Source: a virus
Lineage: Duplodnaviria; Caudoviricetes
IMG/VR virus record: IMGVR_UViG_3300042695_000876
Location: 1 to 54,248 of that record
DNA: 54,248 bases
Strand: one strand, 5' to 3'
How positions within the stretch are numbered: the first letter of the stretch is position 1; each line of letters starts with the position of its first letter. Both the position numbers and the translations under genes were made by a program. Shown here piece by piece: positions 45,135 to 53,634 of this stretch. The notes beneath the pieces are model-generated. The model saw nothing but the letters and a program-made list of their open reading frames with translations. It was not told the DNA's origin and ran no database searches.

Positions 45135-45995
45135 ATGGCAATTCTAGTAGACTATAACCAAGTTATACTTGCATCTCTCTTCGCAAGTATTGGTAACCAC
45201 CACAACGTAACTATTGACGAAAACCTTATTCGTCATATGTTCCTCAACTCTATTCGATCTAATCGAAAAAAGTTTAAAGAAGAGTATGGTGAAATGGTGA
45301 TCTGCGCTGACGGTAAAAATACCTGGCGCCGTGACGTATTTCCGTATTACAAAGCAAATCGCCGTAAATCGCGCGAAGAATCTGAACTCGATTGGAATGC
45401 TCTGTTCACTGTTATGAACAACATTCGTGACGAGCTCAAAGAATTTTTTCCTTATAAAGTCATTCATCTCGATCATTGTGAAGCCGACGATATTATCGGT
45501 ACTCTTATCCATGAGTATGGATCAGAGCTTAACATTGGCGCTGAGAAGTTTCTAATCCTGTCTGGTGATAAAGACTACATTCAACTTCAAACCTATGCGA
45601 ATGTAGACCAGTACGATCCTGTTCGTAAACGTTGGATCAAAGATCAAAACCCAGAAAAATACCTTATGGAGCATGTTCTCCGTGGTGATACTGGCGACGG
45701 TGTTCCAAATATTCTGTCGGCTGACAACTGTCTTGCAGTTGGTGAGCGTCAAAAGCAAATGACTGCAAAGCGTCTTGAGCTTTATTTTGGTGGCATTGCT
45801 AACATGGATGAAGAAACAAAGCGTCGTTTCTATCGCAACAAGATGATGATTGATTTGTCTGAAATCCCTGAAATGCATAAAGAAAAAATTCTTGAAGAGC
45901 ACGCAAAAGGTAAAGATGTTGGCCGCGAACAGCTGTTCAACTTCTTCATCAAAAAGAAACTTAAACACCTTGTAACAGATATACAGGATTTTTAA
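45135..45995 (+). CDS. rnh: T4-type RNase H (5'-3' exonuclease)
   Basis: LVDYNQ, WRRD.FPYYKANR, EADDIIG, ILSGDKDY.QL, GDTGDGVPN. Confidence 0.93.
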   Translation: MAILVDYNQVILASLFASIGNHHNVTIDENLIRHMFLNSIRSNRKKFKEEYGEMVICADGKNTWRRDVFPYYKANRRKSREESELDWNALFTVMNNIRDELKEFFPYKVIHLDHCEADDIIGTLIHEYGSELNIGAEKFLILSGDKDYIQLQTYANVDQYDPVRKRWIKDQNPEKYLMEHVLRGDTGDGVPNILSADNCLAVGERQKQMTAKRLELYFGGIANMDEETKRRFYRNKMMIDLSEIPEMHKEKILEEHAKGKDVGREQLFNFFIKKKLKHLVTDIQDF

Positions 45996-45998
45996 TAT

Positions 45999-46427
45999 AT
46001 GGCAATAAGAATTTCTATCTCTGAAATTATCAATAAAATTCCAGAGCTTAAAACATCAGAAGAAAAGATTGATTGGTTGCGTAAAAACGACAATCCTGCT
46101 TTGAGAAGTATCATAAAATATACATATGACAAGAATGTAGAGTTTTTAGTACCGAATACTCCGCCACCTTGGAAAAAGAATGCATTTGAAGACGAAGCTA
46201 AATCTTTGCTTTACAAAGAAGCCCGTCGTCTGAAGATCTTCATCAAAGGTGGAGGATATGACGAGTTGAACAAAGTAAAACGAGAGCAGCTGTTCATCAG
46301 TTTGCTTGAAGACGTCGACAATGATGACGCAGAACTATTGTGCGTTATGATTTCAAAGAAGCCTTTTAAAGGACTAACCGTTAAAACTGTGAACGAAGCG
46401 TTTCCAGGTCTTATTGAAGCCAACTAA
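45999..46427 (+). CDS. Conserved T4-like phage protein
   Basis: ISEI...K...L...D; L..EARRL..F.KGG; KREQLFI.LLE; EAFPGL. Confidence 0.7.
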   Translation: MAIRISISEIINKIPELKTSEEKIDWLRKNDNPALRSIIKYTYDKNVEFLVPNTPPPWKKNAFEDEAKSLLYKEARRLKIFIKGGGYDELNKVKREQLFISLLEDVDNDDAELLCVMISKKPFKGLTVKTVNEAFPGLIEAN

Positions 46428-46440
46428 AGAGTAAGGACAA

Positions 46441-46623
46441 ATGACTAAGAGTTTCAAGAAATTTCGCGAAGAGTGGGAAGATGACGAGTGGGGCGATAAT
46501 GAAAGCTACGATCGTCGAAAGCAAAAACAAATGGAAAAGCGAAAGGCTCGTCGAAAAGAAAAATACGACGAACGATGGGACGAGATGGAATCAATCGAAC
46601 GCAGCGAAAAAAAGTTCAAATAA
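46441..46623 (+). CDS. Small highly charged protein
   Basis: AAGGA RBS; ORF track. Confidence 0.6.
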   Translation: MTKSFKKFREEWEDDEWGDNESYDRRKQKQMEKRKARRKEKYDERWDEMESIERSEKKFK

Positions 46624-46629
46624 AATGAA

Positions 46630-46690
46630 AAAGGGGGTTGACATTTCAGCCCCCTTTGCTTATATTAATAATGTAGGCAACGAAAGGAAA
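46630..46690 (+). promoter_or_regulatory. Early promoter cassette with the -35 box inside a terminator-like hairpin
   Basis: AAAGGGGGTTGA-CATT-TCAGCCCCCTTT stem; TTGACA 46638-N17-TATATT; CAACGAAAGGAAA RBS block. Confidence 0.75.
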
Positions 46691-46696
46691 CTTCCT

Positions 46697-47101
46697 ATGT
46701 ACACCTTCGACGAACAGATCGTTTCCGACCTCCACAAGGATGCTCGCGGCTATCGTCCTAGCAATTCTTGGTGGCAGATGTGGAATGCCCTTGGCGATGC
46801 TGAAAAGCAGAACGTCTGGGATGGTCTTGGTGAAGAGTTGAGCGCTGAACTTGCTCGTTCTCGTCATGCTGAAGCGATGGCTATGATCGCTATGCATCAG
46901 CGTATTCAAGGCACTATGCTTCTCGGTGCTAAGAACGAAGTACAGGCCCTTCAGTGGATTATGGAAGCTGAAGACTTTAGTGACTTTGATCTTCAATACG
47001 GTCCGAGCTACTTCTGCTTCCACTTCAATCTGCCCTACTCGGCAGACAAAGAGTTTCCTATTCGGGAAGCTATCAACGAAATGCTCTCGGAGGTTGTGTG
47101 A
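46697..47101 (+). CDS. Conserved hypothetical early protein
   Basis: YTFD...SDLHKDARGYRP motif; ATG 46697 after AAAGGA. Confidence 0.7.
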   Translation: MYTFDEQIVSDLHKDARGYRPSNSWWQMWNALGDAEKQNVWDGLGEELSAELARSRHAEAMAMIAMHQRIQGTMLLGAKNEVQALQWIMEAEDFSDFDLQYGPSYFCFHFNLPYSADKEFPIREAINEMLSEVV

Positions 47102-47277
47102 TGGATAAGTTTGACAAGATTACTGCGGTTATTTACTATCTGTACTTTCATAAGAAGATGTTCCCACATTCGGTTGCAGGATCACATAAGATCGATGACG
47201 TGTTCGATTACGCATGTGAACTTCTGATGAATATCGATTCAGCTAAATTTGAACAAATCGCTAAGGAACGTGAGTGA
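47101..47277 (+). CDS. Small hypothetical protein (58 aa, not in ORF track)
   Basis: GGAGG RBS; MDKFDKIT...IAKERE. Confidence 0.6.
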   Translation: MDKFDKITAVIYYLYFHKKMFPHSVAGSHKIDDVFDYACELLMNIDSAKFEQIAKERE

Positions 47278-47534
47278 TGGCATCTTGGCACATAGCCTTC
47301 TTCGATGAGTCTTACACTTACAAAGGATACGCTCTCGTAAACGAGATCTACGAAGATGAAGATCATCGAGCAAACACTTGGATGTGGGGTCGACTTAACG
47401 GTGACTCTATCGTTGATGCCAGTCTCCTTACAGGTCTGAGTAGCAACAGCTACGCTTCTTTTGAAGAAGTGTATCGTGTTTTCAAAACAATGGTTGACGA
47501 AAAAAACTTGCAAAAAAGTGAAAATAGTGGTTGA
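47277..47534 (+). CDS. Hypothetical protein
   Basis: AAGGA RBS; TGATG overlap. Confidence 0.55.
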   Translation: MASWHIAFFDESYTYKGYALVNEIYEDEDHRANTWMWGRLNGDSIVDASLLTGLSSNSYASFEEVYRVFKTMVDEKNLQKSENSG

Positions 47535-47583
47535 CATTTCTTTTGAAATGAACTATATTATTAATATAAGGAACGAAAGGAAA
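47501..47583 (+). promoter_or_regulatory. Early promoter cassette
   Basis: AAAAAAGTGAAAATAGTGG-TTGACA 47531-N17-TATATT-ATTAATATAAGGAACGAAAGGAAA. Confidence 0.85.
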
Positions 47584-47588
47584 TCCTC

Positions 47589-47948
47589 ATGAAATTCGCT
47601 AAGTTTGACCGTGCCAATCTTAAAGCTCTCCGCTCGGAAATGGAAGCTCTCCTCGCAAAATACGGTGTTGACTCTAACCTCGACATCGAGGTCGGTAACA
47701 TGAAATTCAGCGAGTCTGAAGTCGAGATCAAAGTGAAAGCGAAAGTCAAAGGCGCTAAGACTATGACTAACGTGATCCTCGAGTCTCGTGTAGCTGCTCT
47801 TGGCTTGAAGTTGAAAAACAAGTTTGGCGACGAGCTTGTCGACTACAACACTCGCGCTCACAAAATGCCTTTCGTCTACATCAACGCTGCTGACGGTAAG
47901 CGTTACAAGTGTGACGAACGTCTTGCAAAAATGCGGTTCGCCGCTTAA
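47589..47948 (+). CDS. Hypothetical early protein
   Basis: Strong RBS; first gene after the cassette; YNTRA.KMP...DGKRYKC. Confidence 0.7.
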   Translation: MKFAKFDRANLKALRSEMEALLAKYGVDSNLDIEVGNMKFSESEVEIKVKAKVKGAKTMTNVILESRVAALGLKLKNKFGDELVDYNTRAHKMPFVYINAADGKRYKCDERLAKMRFAA

Positions 47949-47964
47949 TCTAGAAAGATATACG

Positions 47965-48558
47965 ATGAATATGAGTAATAAAGTAATCCTAACTGACGTT
48001 GACGGTGTTCTCCTTGATTGGGAGTATGCCTTCACTCAGTGGATGGCTAAACACGGCTACAAAGTTCAGCCAGGAGCTGAAAGCGATTATAATATGAATA
48101 TTCGCTACGGCATGGAAAAAGCCGAAAAGGATCGCATCGTTCGAATGTTTAACGAGTCTGCTTGGATTCGTAAACTTCCTCCTCTTCGCGATGCTATCAA
48201 ATATGTGAAGAAGCTTCACGAAGAACATGGATATGTTTTTCGTGTAATCAGCTCTTTGAGTAACGACTACTACGCACAACATCTGCGTACTAAGAACCTT
48301 ATTGAGATGTTTGGTCCTAGTGTTTTCGAGAGCTTTGTCTATCTCGACACTGGTGCTGACAAAGATGAAGCACTTGCTCCGTACGCTGGAACTGGTTGTT
48401 GGTGGATTGAAGACAAACCAGAGAATGCTAACCTTGGTGATAACTTTGGTCTCGAGAGTGTTTTGGTTAACCACCATCACAACACAAATTCTCAAGTAAA
48501 TTCTACGGTTACTCGCGTGAATAACTGGAAAGAAATTTATGCGCTCATCGTCGGTTGA
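47965..48558 (+). CDS. HAD-superfamily nucleotidase (T4 gp30.2-like)
   Basis: ILTDVDGVLLDW, VISSL, K, WIEDK. Confidence 0.8.
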   Translation: MNMSNKVILTDVDGVLLDWEYAFTQWMAKHGYKVQPGAESDYNMNIRYGMEKAEKDRIVRMFNESAWIRKLPPLRDAIKYVKKLHEEHGYVFRVISSLSNDYYAQHLRTKNLIEMFGPSVFESFVYLDTGADKDEALAPYAGTGCWWIEDKPENANLGDNFGLESVLVNHHHNTNSQVNSTVTRVNNWKEIYALIVG

Positions 48559-48571
48559 AGGTGTGTAGCAG

Positions 48572-48579
48572 TATAAATA
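48572..48579 (+). promoter_or_regulatory. T4-type late promoter
   Basis: Exact TATAAATA, intergenic. Confidence 0.7.
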
Positions 48580-48615
48580 TACTTGAATACAGATAGATTT
48601 AGATAATGCATTATG

Positions 48616-48650
48616 AGGCAAGTCTGTATTCGTACGGGCTTGCCTTTTTT
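48616..48650 (+). terminator. Rho-independent terminator (UUCG loop)
   Basis: AGGCAAGTCTGTA-TTCG-TACGGGCTTGCCT followed by TTTTT. Confidence 0.8.
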
Positions 48651-48669
48651 ATGATCAATAGGAGCTTGA

Positions 48670-48906
48670 ATGCCGTATTATACTTTTAAAGACAAAGACA
48701 CTGGCGAGGTGCTCGAAGTGAGCATGAAGATCGCCGAGCGCGACAAATTCCTCGAAGAAAATCCTCACATGCAACAACAAGTTGTCGGATTTCCATCACT
48801 TGGAGATCCAGCCCGTCTTGGGCTTCGTAAGCCTGACGACGGTTTTCGCGATGTACTAAGAAACGTAAAACATCATCACAAAAAGGATAACATTAACACT
48901 TGGTAA
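48670..48906 (+). CDS. FmdB-like small protein lacking the Cys ligands
   Basis: MPYYTFKD..TGE..E..M.I.E.D.FL..NP; KPDDGFRDVL. Confidence 0.65.
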   Translation: MPYYTFKDKDTGEVLEVSMKIAERDKFLEENPHMQQQVVGFPSLGDPARLGLRKPDDGFRDVLRNVKHHHKKDNINTW

Positions 48907-48932
48907 AAAGGCGTTATCCTAAAGGAGGTTTC

Positions 48933-49685
48933 ATGGCGACACAACAGCGTAGACTAACCCGTAAAGACAGACGTAGAAAAGAGAGAGACGACGATCATCT
49001 GCTTAATATACTTAACACTAAGTTTGGTATGAGACAGATTAAGCCACTTACACCGACTCAATCAGATCTATTCGATTCTTATAAACAGGGAAAGAATATC
49101 GCGGCCATCGGAACAGCAGGTACAGGAAAAACAATGTGCGCTACATACCTAGCGTTACAGGACGTACTAGAGAAAGGAGAGTATGAGAGAATCGTCATTA
49201 TTAGATCTGCAGTTCAGACGCGCGAACAGGGATTCGTCCCAGGCACTCTACAACAGAAGGAAGCAATTTTCGAACAACCATACATCGATATTGTAACTGA
49301 TCTATTTGGAAGAGGAGACGCTTATCAAATTCTCAAGCAAAAAGGTATGATTAAATTCACGACGTCGTCAAACATTAGAGGTTTAACTTTTGACAACGCA
49401 GTTATTATTGTTGACGAATGTCAGTCTATGAATTACCATGAACTTGATACGATTATTACTCGTGTCGGTGAATCTTCAAGAATCGTTTTCTGCGGAGACA
49501 CAGCACAAGACGATCTTAAACAAAGTAAAAACAGAGCAGACTTTTCAGGACTACACGACTTTCTTAAAGTGCTTAACGCTATCAAATCATTTGAAGTTGT
49601 AAGGTTTGGAGTAGAAGACATTGTTCGTTCTGGACTTGTAAAAGAGTATATCATCGCAAAAGAAAGAATACTCGAAGCGGCTTAA
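48933..49685 (+). CDS. phoH: PhoH-like ATPase
   Basis: Q motif PLTPTQ, GTAGTGKT, RSAV, GFVPG, RGLTFDN, VDECQ, GDTAQ.D, DIVRSG. Confidence 0.93.
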   Translation: MATQQRRLTRKDRRRKERDDDHLLNILNTKFGMRQIKPLTPTQSDLFDSYKQGKNIAAIGTAGTGKTMCATYLALQDVLEKGEYERIVIIRSAVQTREQGFVPGTLQQKEAIFEQPYIDIVTDLFGRGDAYQILKQKGMIKFTTSSNIRGLTFDNAVIIVDECQSMNYHELDTIITRVGESSRIVFCGDTAQDDLKQSKNRADFSGLHDFLKVLNAIKSFEVVRFGVEDIVRSGLVKEYIIAKERILEAA

Positions 49686-49696
49686 GGAGACAAAGG

Positions 49697-50023
49697 ATGC
49701 CAGCAGTTTGTGTTCAAGGAGATAGCTTAAGTACTGGTCACATATGTGCAACCACTACTACACTCGCAGCCCCGCCACAAACTAAAGTAAAGATTGGTGG
49801 TATACTAGTTGCCATTGTGGGAACACCAACTGTTGCGCATCCTTTTCCGCCTTCTCCACCATGTGCTCCTCATGTAGCATACTTGAATAAAGGTAGCTCA
49901 AAAGTAACAATAGGTGGAATACCGATTGGAAGAGTTACAGACTCGGCAGATGCCGGAGCCATGACATCTGGATCTGGCACTGTATCTGCAGGTGGTTTAA
50001 GTGTAGTAAGTATTGAAGAATAA
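49697..50023 (+). CDS. 5.4: PAAR spike-tip protein (gp5.4-like)
   Basis: MPAV...GD...GH, H...H metal ligands, GSSKV.IGG.PIGRV.D, GSGTV. Confidence 0.8.
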   Translation: MPAVCVQGDSLSTGHICATTTTLAAPPQTKVKIGGILVAIVGTPTVAHPFPPSPPCAPHVAYLNKGSSKVTIGGIPIGRVTDSADAGAMTSGSGTVSAGGLSVVSIEE

Positions 50024-50047
50024 CACTTGATTATATAAGGCTATATT

Positions 50048-50713
50048 ATGTTTACACACGTTGACCACGGGATCACACTCCCGCAGATCACTCGTCAGAC
50101 TACTGAGAGTGGAAGAAAGTACTTTACACCAGAGGGTAATGCGTATCCATCTATCACTACTGTGCTTTCTATTATTGGTAAAGAAGCTATTATCGAATGG
50201 CGTAAGCGAGTAGGCGAAGAGGAAGCAAATAAGATTTCTCAACAAGCAGCTACTCGAGGAACAGCAGTTCACACTCTTGCAGAAAATTATCTTAACAACG
50301 AAGAAGATTGGAAAGGCAAAGCTATGCCAGCCAATTTGTTTTCGTTTAATTCTATTAGACCTATTCTCGATAAGCACGTAAACAACATCTGGTTTCAAGA
50401 GGTATTCCTCTATAGTGATAAACTACGTTGTGGTGGCCAGTGTGACTGTATTGCAGAGTTTGATGGTGTACTATCCATCATTGACTTCAAAACATCACGC
50501 AGAGTAAAAAAAGAAGAAGACATTACCAACTACTTTATTCAGCTATGCTTCTATGCTGCAGCCTTTCTAGAGCGAACTGGAGTGGCAATCAAACAAGGTG
50601 TTATTATCATGTGTGTAGATGGTTCTGAGCCTCTTGTGTTTAAAGTGAATACGTACGATTACCTGCAACATTTCATCTCAGTACGTAAAAAATACAAAGA
50701 AATGCACGAATAA
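50048..50713 (+). CDS. PD-(D/E)XK exonuclease (Cas4-like fold, T4-like phage family)
   Basis: YPSITTVL, RGTAVH, E..LYS, GQCDC, IIDFKTS, Q...YA. Confidence 0.85.
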   Translation: MFTHVDHGITLPQITRQTTESGRKYFTPEGNAYPSITTVLSIIGKEAIIEWRKRVGEEEANKISQQAATRGTAVHTLAENYLNNEEDWKGKAMPANLFSFNSIRPILDKHVNNIWFQEVFLYSDKLRCGGQCDCIAEFDGVLSIIDFKTSRRVKKEEDITNYFIQLCFYAAAFLERTGVAIKQGVIIMCVDGSEPLVFKVNTYDYLQHFISVRKKYKEMHE

Positions 50714-50716
50714 ATA
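50709..50716 (+). promoter_or_regulatory. Late promoter variant
   Basis: AATAAATA upstream of the GAGGA RBS of dps. Confidence 0.45.
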
Positions 50717-50746
50717 ATGAATATATTCTAACACGAGGACATCAGA

Positions 50747-51181
50747 ATGGATAAAGAACAACTTATTACTGAGATGAAGAGACTTTTAGCTAACACGTTT
50801 GCTCTATATCTCAAGTCACACAATTATCACTGGAACGTAACAGGTCCAAACTTCGCTCAATACCACGAATTCTTTGGTGACTTATACAAGGAAATTCATA
50901 GTTCAGTAGATACAACTGCAGAAGAAATTCGCAAGTTAGGTGCATATGCGCCAGGATCGCTTGGTCGTTATAGTGAACTTTCTGATATCGAAGATGAAAC
51001 AATGATTCCAGAGCCTGCTATTATGTTTGCAAGACTAGCAAAAGACAACGACGCTGTTATCAAAAATCTCTATATCGCAAGAGAAGCTGCTGAAGGCATG
51101 GGTGCTTTTGGAGCCGTGAACTATCTGGAAGGTCGTATCGATGTGCATGAAAAGCACGCATGGATGCTGAAATCCTTTTAA
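50747..51181 (+). CDS. dps: Dps-family ferritin-like DNA protection protein
   Basis: KSHNYHWNVTGPNF..YHEFF..LY, D..AE.IR.LG, HEKHAWML. Confidence 0.92.
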   Translation: MDKEQLITEMKRLLANTFALYLKSHNYHWNVTGPNFAQYHEFFGDLYKEIHSSVDTTAEEIRKLGAYAPGSLGRYSELSDIEDETMIPEPAIMFARLAKDNDAVIKNLYIAREAAEGMGAFGAVNYLEGRIDVHEKHAWMLKSF

Positions 51182-51191
51182 GGTATAATAT

Positions 51192-51518
51192 ATGATTAAT
51201 GTAACATCTGCAGCAAATCATCAAATCGGAAAACTGTGCCAAGAGAATAAGTGTTATGGCATCACGCTTAATCTGAAGGGCGGTGGGTGTGCTGGTTTCG
51301 AATACGTGTGGGGAACCACAGAAAAAGAAGACATAGGCCACCGTGACTTCGTGGTGGCCTGCGATGAAGGTAATCTTGTCATTGGAGACTATAGTCTTCT
51401 ATATCTAGTTGGAACTGAAATCGATTTCGTTAAGAGCTTGGTTGGATCCACATTTGAAATCAAGAACCCAAACGCTAAGTCAAGCTGTGGTTGTGGAGTA
51501 AGCGTAAATTTTTCCTAA
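51192..51518 (+). CDS. HesB/IscA-family A-type Fe-S carrier
   Basis: GGGCAGFEY, G..IDF, NPNAKSSCGCGVS. Confidence 0.9.
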   Translation: MINVTSAANHQIGKLCQENKCYGITLNLKGGGCAGFEYVWGTTEKEDIGHRDFVVACDEGNLVIGDYSLLYLVGTEIDFVKSLVGSTFEIKNPNAKSSCGCGVSVNFS

Positions 51519-51525
51519 AAACTAG

Positions 51526-51554
51526 TTGACATTTGTTCTGAAAAGAATTATAGT
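51526..51554 (+). promoter_or_regulatory. Sigma70-type early promoter
   Basis: TTGACA-N17-TATAGT. Confidence 0.7.
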
Positions 51555-51583
51555 AGTACTATAGTCACCGAAAAGGAAACATC

Positions 51584-51820
51584 ATGACTTACACTATCGA
51601 CCTTGACATCTCCTACGAAACTCCTTCTGAAATGGTCCATCAATTCGCATCTGATCATGGCTGTGCGGCCATCCTCCTCGAGGAATTTGGTCCCGCGGGT
51701 GGAAACCCCCTTTATCGTTTTTCTTCTGACAACCAACAACACCTCTGGGAATTGGCCAACGGAGTTTTTGGTGGAATGTTTGACGAACAAGAAATCCTCG
51801 AAATGATGGTGGAGGTGTAA
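51584..51820 (+). CDS. Hypothetical protein
   Basis: AAAGGA RBS; GPAGGNP motif. Confidence 0.65.
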   Translation: MTYTIDLDISYETPSEMVHQFASDHGCAAILLEEFGPAGGNPLYRFSSDNQQHLWELANGVFGGMFDEQEILEMMVEV

Positions 51821-51821
51821 T

Positions 51822-52013
51822 ATGTACGTTGTAAGAAACTTGAGTAATGAGATCGTAGCCATCTGTACTCGTCCCGAAGATGCACAATCATTTCAAAATA
51901 GTGCAAGTGTAGATAAAGAGTCATATACGGTAGAAGACGATCTTGAAGCTGCAGCTATCGAAGAACGTTTCCTACAACTTCAAGATGGGTACGGAGAAGG
52001 TCAACTTGTTTGA
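51822..52013 (+). CDS. Hypothetical protein
   Basis: GGAGG RBS. Confidence 0.6.
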   Translation: MYVVRNLSNEIVAICTRPEDAQSFQNSASVDKESYTVEDDLEAAAIEERFLQLQDGYGEGQLV

Positions 52014-52022
52014 AAAAACTTG

Positions 52023-52051
52023 TTGACATTTCTTTTGAAAAGTATTATACT
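52023..52051 (+). promoter_or_regulatory. Sigma70-type early promoter
   Basis: TTGACA-N17-TATACT. Confidence 0.75.
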
Positions 52052-52077
52052 AAGATAGTAAGTAATGGAGAAAAACC

Positions 52078-52305
52078 ATGAATAACATTACGCAACGGAG
52101 AGAACTCATGAACAATATCGCTATCGCTGCTCTTGCTTCGATCATCTGTGCTAGTGCTCTTTATGTCATCAACAACACTCTTGCTATGCCTGACGTTTGG
52201 TTCAGCTATGCCACTAACGAGTGCGTAAAAGTTATCAACTATACAGATGAGATTTTCAGCTGTGAAACTCTGCCTACTAAGTTCAATCATGTTTGGGTCG
52301 ACTAA
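52078..52305 (+). CDS. Small membrane-anchored protein
   Basis: TM helix, then PDV.FSY.T.ECV.V...SC..LP; alternative start 52108. Confidence 0.6.
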   Translation: MNNITQRRELMNNIAIAALASIICASALYVINNTLAMPDVWFSYATNECVKVINYTDEIFSCETLPTKFNHVWVD

Positions 52306-52871
52306 TGAATATTTTCGTTCTTGATGAAGATCCGCGTATTGCTGCGCGGATGGTTTGTGACAAGCATTGTTCTAAGATGATTATCGAGTCGGCACAGATG
52401 ATGTCGACTGCTCATCGTATGCTTGATGGCTTTCAATACAAGGGTCCGTCTAAGTCTGGTAAAACTACGCAAACTCGTTATCGTTTCAACGACGATCGGG
52501 AGCATGTGTTGTATGCCGCTGTACACAAGTATCATCCGTGTACTACATGGACTATGGAATCAAAAGCAAATTACGAATGGCACTATGAGCATTTCGTAGG
52601 ATTGTCGAACGAGTTTGAATACCGCTATGGTAAACAACATATGACCTCTCAGAAGCTCACAGAGGCCCTCAGAGAGGCGCCAGTGAACATCCCTAAAGTG
52701 CCTATGACTCCATTTGCCCAAGCCATGAGCCACTATCCAGAGTGCAAGGTGGATGGCGACGCAGTTGCTGCATACCGCAACTACTATCATATATCCAAAT
52801 CTTTTGCTAAGTGGGCTAAAGGTCGCGAAGCACCGTTCTGGTGGGAAGGCTATAAAGGAATCGCAGCATGA
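52305..52871 (+). CDS. Pyrimidine dimer DNA glycosylase/endonuclease V-like protein
   Basis: MNIF.LD.DP...A...CDKH..KM..ESAQM.ST, HPCT.W, EFEYRYGK.H, QAM, AYR.YY. Confidence 0.7.
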   Translation: MNIFVLDEDPRIAARMVCDKHCSKMIIESAQMMSTAHRMLDGFQYKGPSKSGKTTQTRYRFNDDREHVLYAAVHKYHPCTTWTMESKANYEWHYEHFVGLSNEFEYRYGKQHMTSQKLTEALREAPVNIPKVPMTPFAQAMSHYPECKVDGDAVAAYRNYYHISKSFAKWAKGREAPFWWEGYKGIAA

Positions 52872-53062
52872 TTATGGAAGCTTGGTTACTTGGTACCGCG
52901 GTTATTTTCACCTTCGTTGGTATGTCGTTTAGAAAAAGTTCTAGAGAGATTATATCGTTTGCTGTAGAACAGACCGTTGATAAACTAATCGCAGACGGGT
53001 ACATCAGAACCCGCAAGGATGAAAATGGTGAAATTCATTTGTTGAAGCATTATGAAGAGTAA
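52868..53062 (+). CDS. Small membrane-anchored protein
   Basis: N-terminal TM helix. Confidence 0.6.
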   Translation: MIMEAWLLGTAVIFTFVGMSFRKSSREIISFAVEQTVDKLIADGYIRTRKDENGEIHLLKHYEE

Positions 53063-53065
53063 CTG

Positions 53066-53116
53066 TTGACATTTCGTCTAGAATGATTATATTGCTCATA
53101 TAGGAAATCGAAAGGA
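53066..53116 (+). promoter_or_regulatory. Early promoter cassette
   Basis: TTGACA-N16-TATATT, then ATCGAAAGGA RBS block. Confidence 0.75.
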
Positions 53117-53122
53117 CCTGAT

Positions 53123-53299
53123 ATGATCCCTCAGTTTGTAATCTTCGTTGAAACTGCTACCGGACAAATCATTCGAGCTTTTACTTGGTGTCGGGACGAA
53201 GCTTCTGGCATCGCTCGTGCTCGTCGTGATTGTGTAGAATTTGGACACGGTGATCCTACTCGTGTATGGGCAGAGCGTGTTGTGGTTGCTAATCAATGA
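53123..53299 (+). CDS. Small hypothetical protein (58 aa, not in ORF track)
   Basis: AAAGGA RBS; MIPQFVIFVET...VVVANQ. Confidence 0.65.
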   Translation: MIPQFVIFVETATGQIIRAFTWCRDEASGIARARRDCVEFGHGDPTRVWAERVVVANQ

Positions 53300-53634
53300 T
53301 GAGATATATCATTATTGATCCTGAAGAAGGTATTTTTCTTGGTACTCATGGAACTCCTATCCCTTCTCAAGGTGTTAAGATAGTTCCTCTCTTTTCAAAC
53401 ATGAACATCTTTGAAATCACAAAGGCAGCTTCTTTTCCAGTTAAAAATGAAGCAAACACTTACTTGAACAAGTATCTTAAATCGAGTTATCCAAAGGCGT
53501 TCATAGCGCCAGTTGAGTCAAAAGATTCTAAAACTGAGTTTGTAGACGTTATCGATATCATCAAAGCTGGGTATGGAAAATACGCAGAAGGTATGGTAGA
53601 AGCTATACCTATGGGTAACAGATCAATTCACTAA
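53296..53634 (+). CDS. Hypothetical protein
   Basis: ORF track; ATGA overlap. Confidence 0.6.
   Translation: MMRYIIIDPEEGIFLGTHGTPIPSQGVKIVPLFSNMNIFEITKAASFPVKNEANTYLNKYLKSSYPKAFIAPVESKDSKTEFVDVIDIIKAGYGKYAEGMVEAIPMGNRSIH

Noticed and set aside
50048-50713. Cas4-like nuclease as evidence of a CRISPR system
   Set aside because: No repeat-spacer array or other cas gene was seen; this exonuclease family is common near phoH in T4-like phages.
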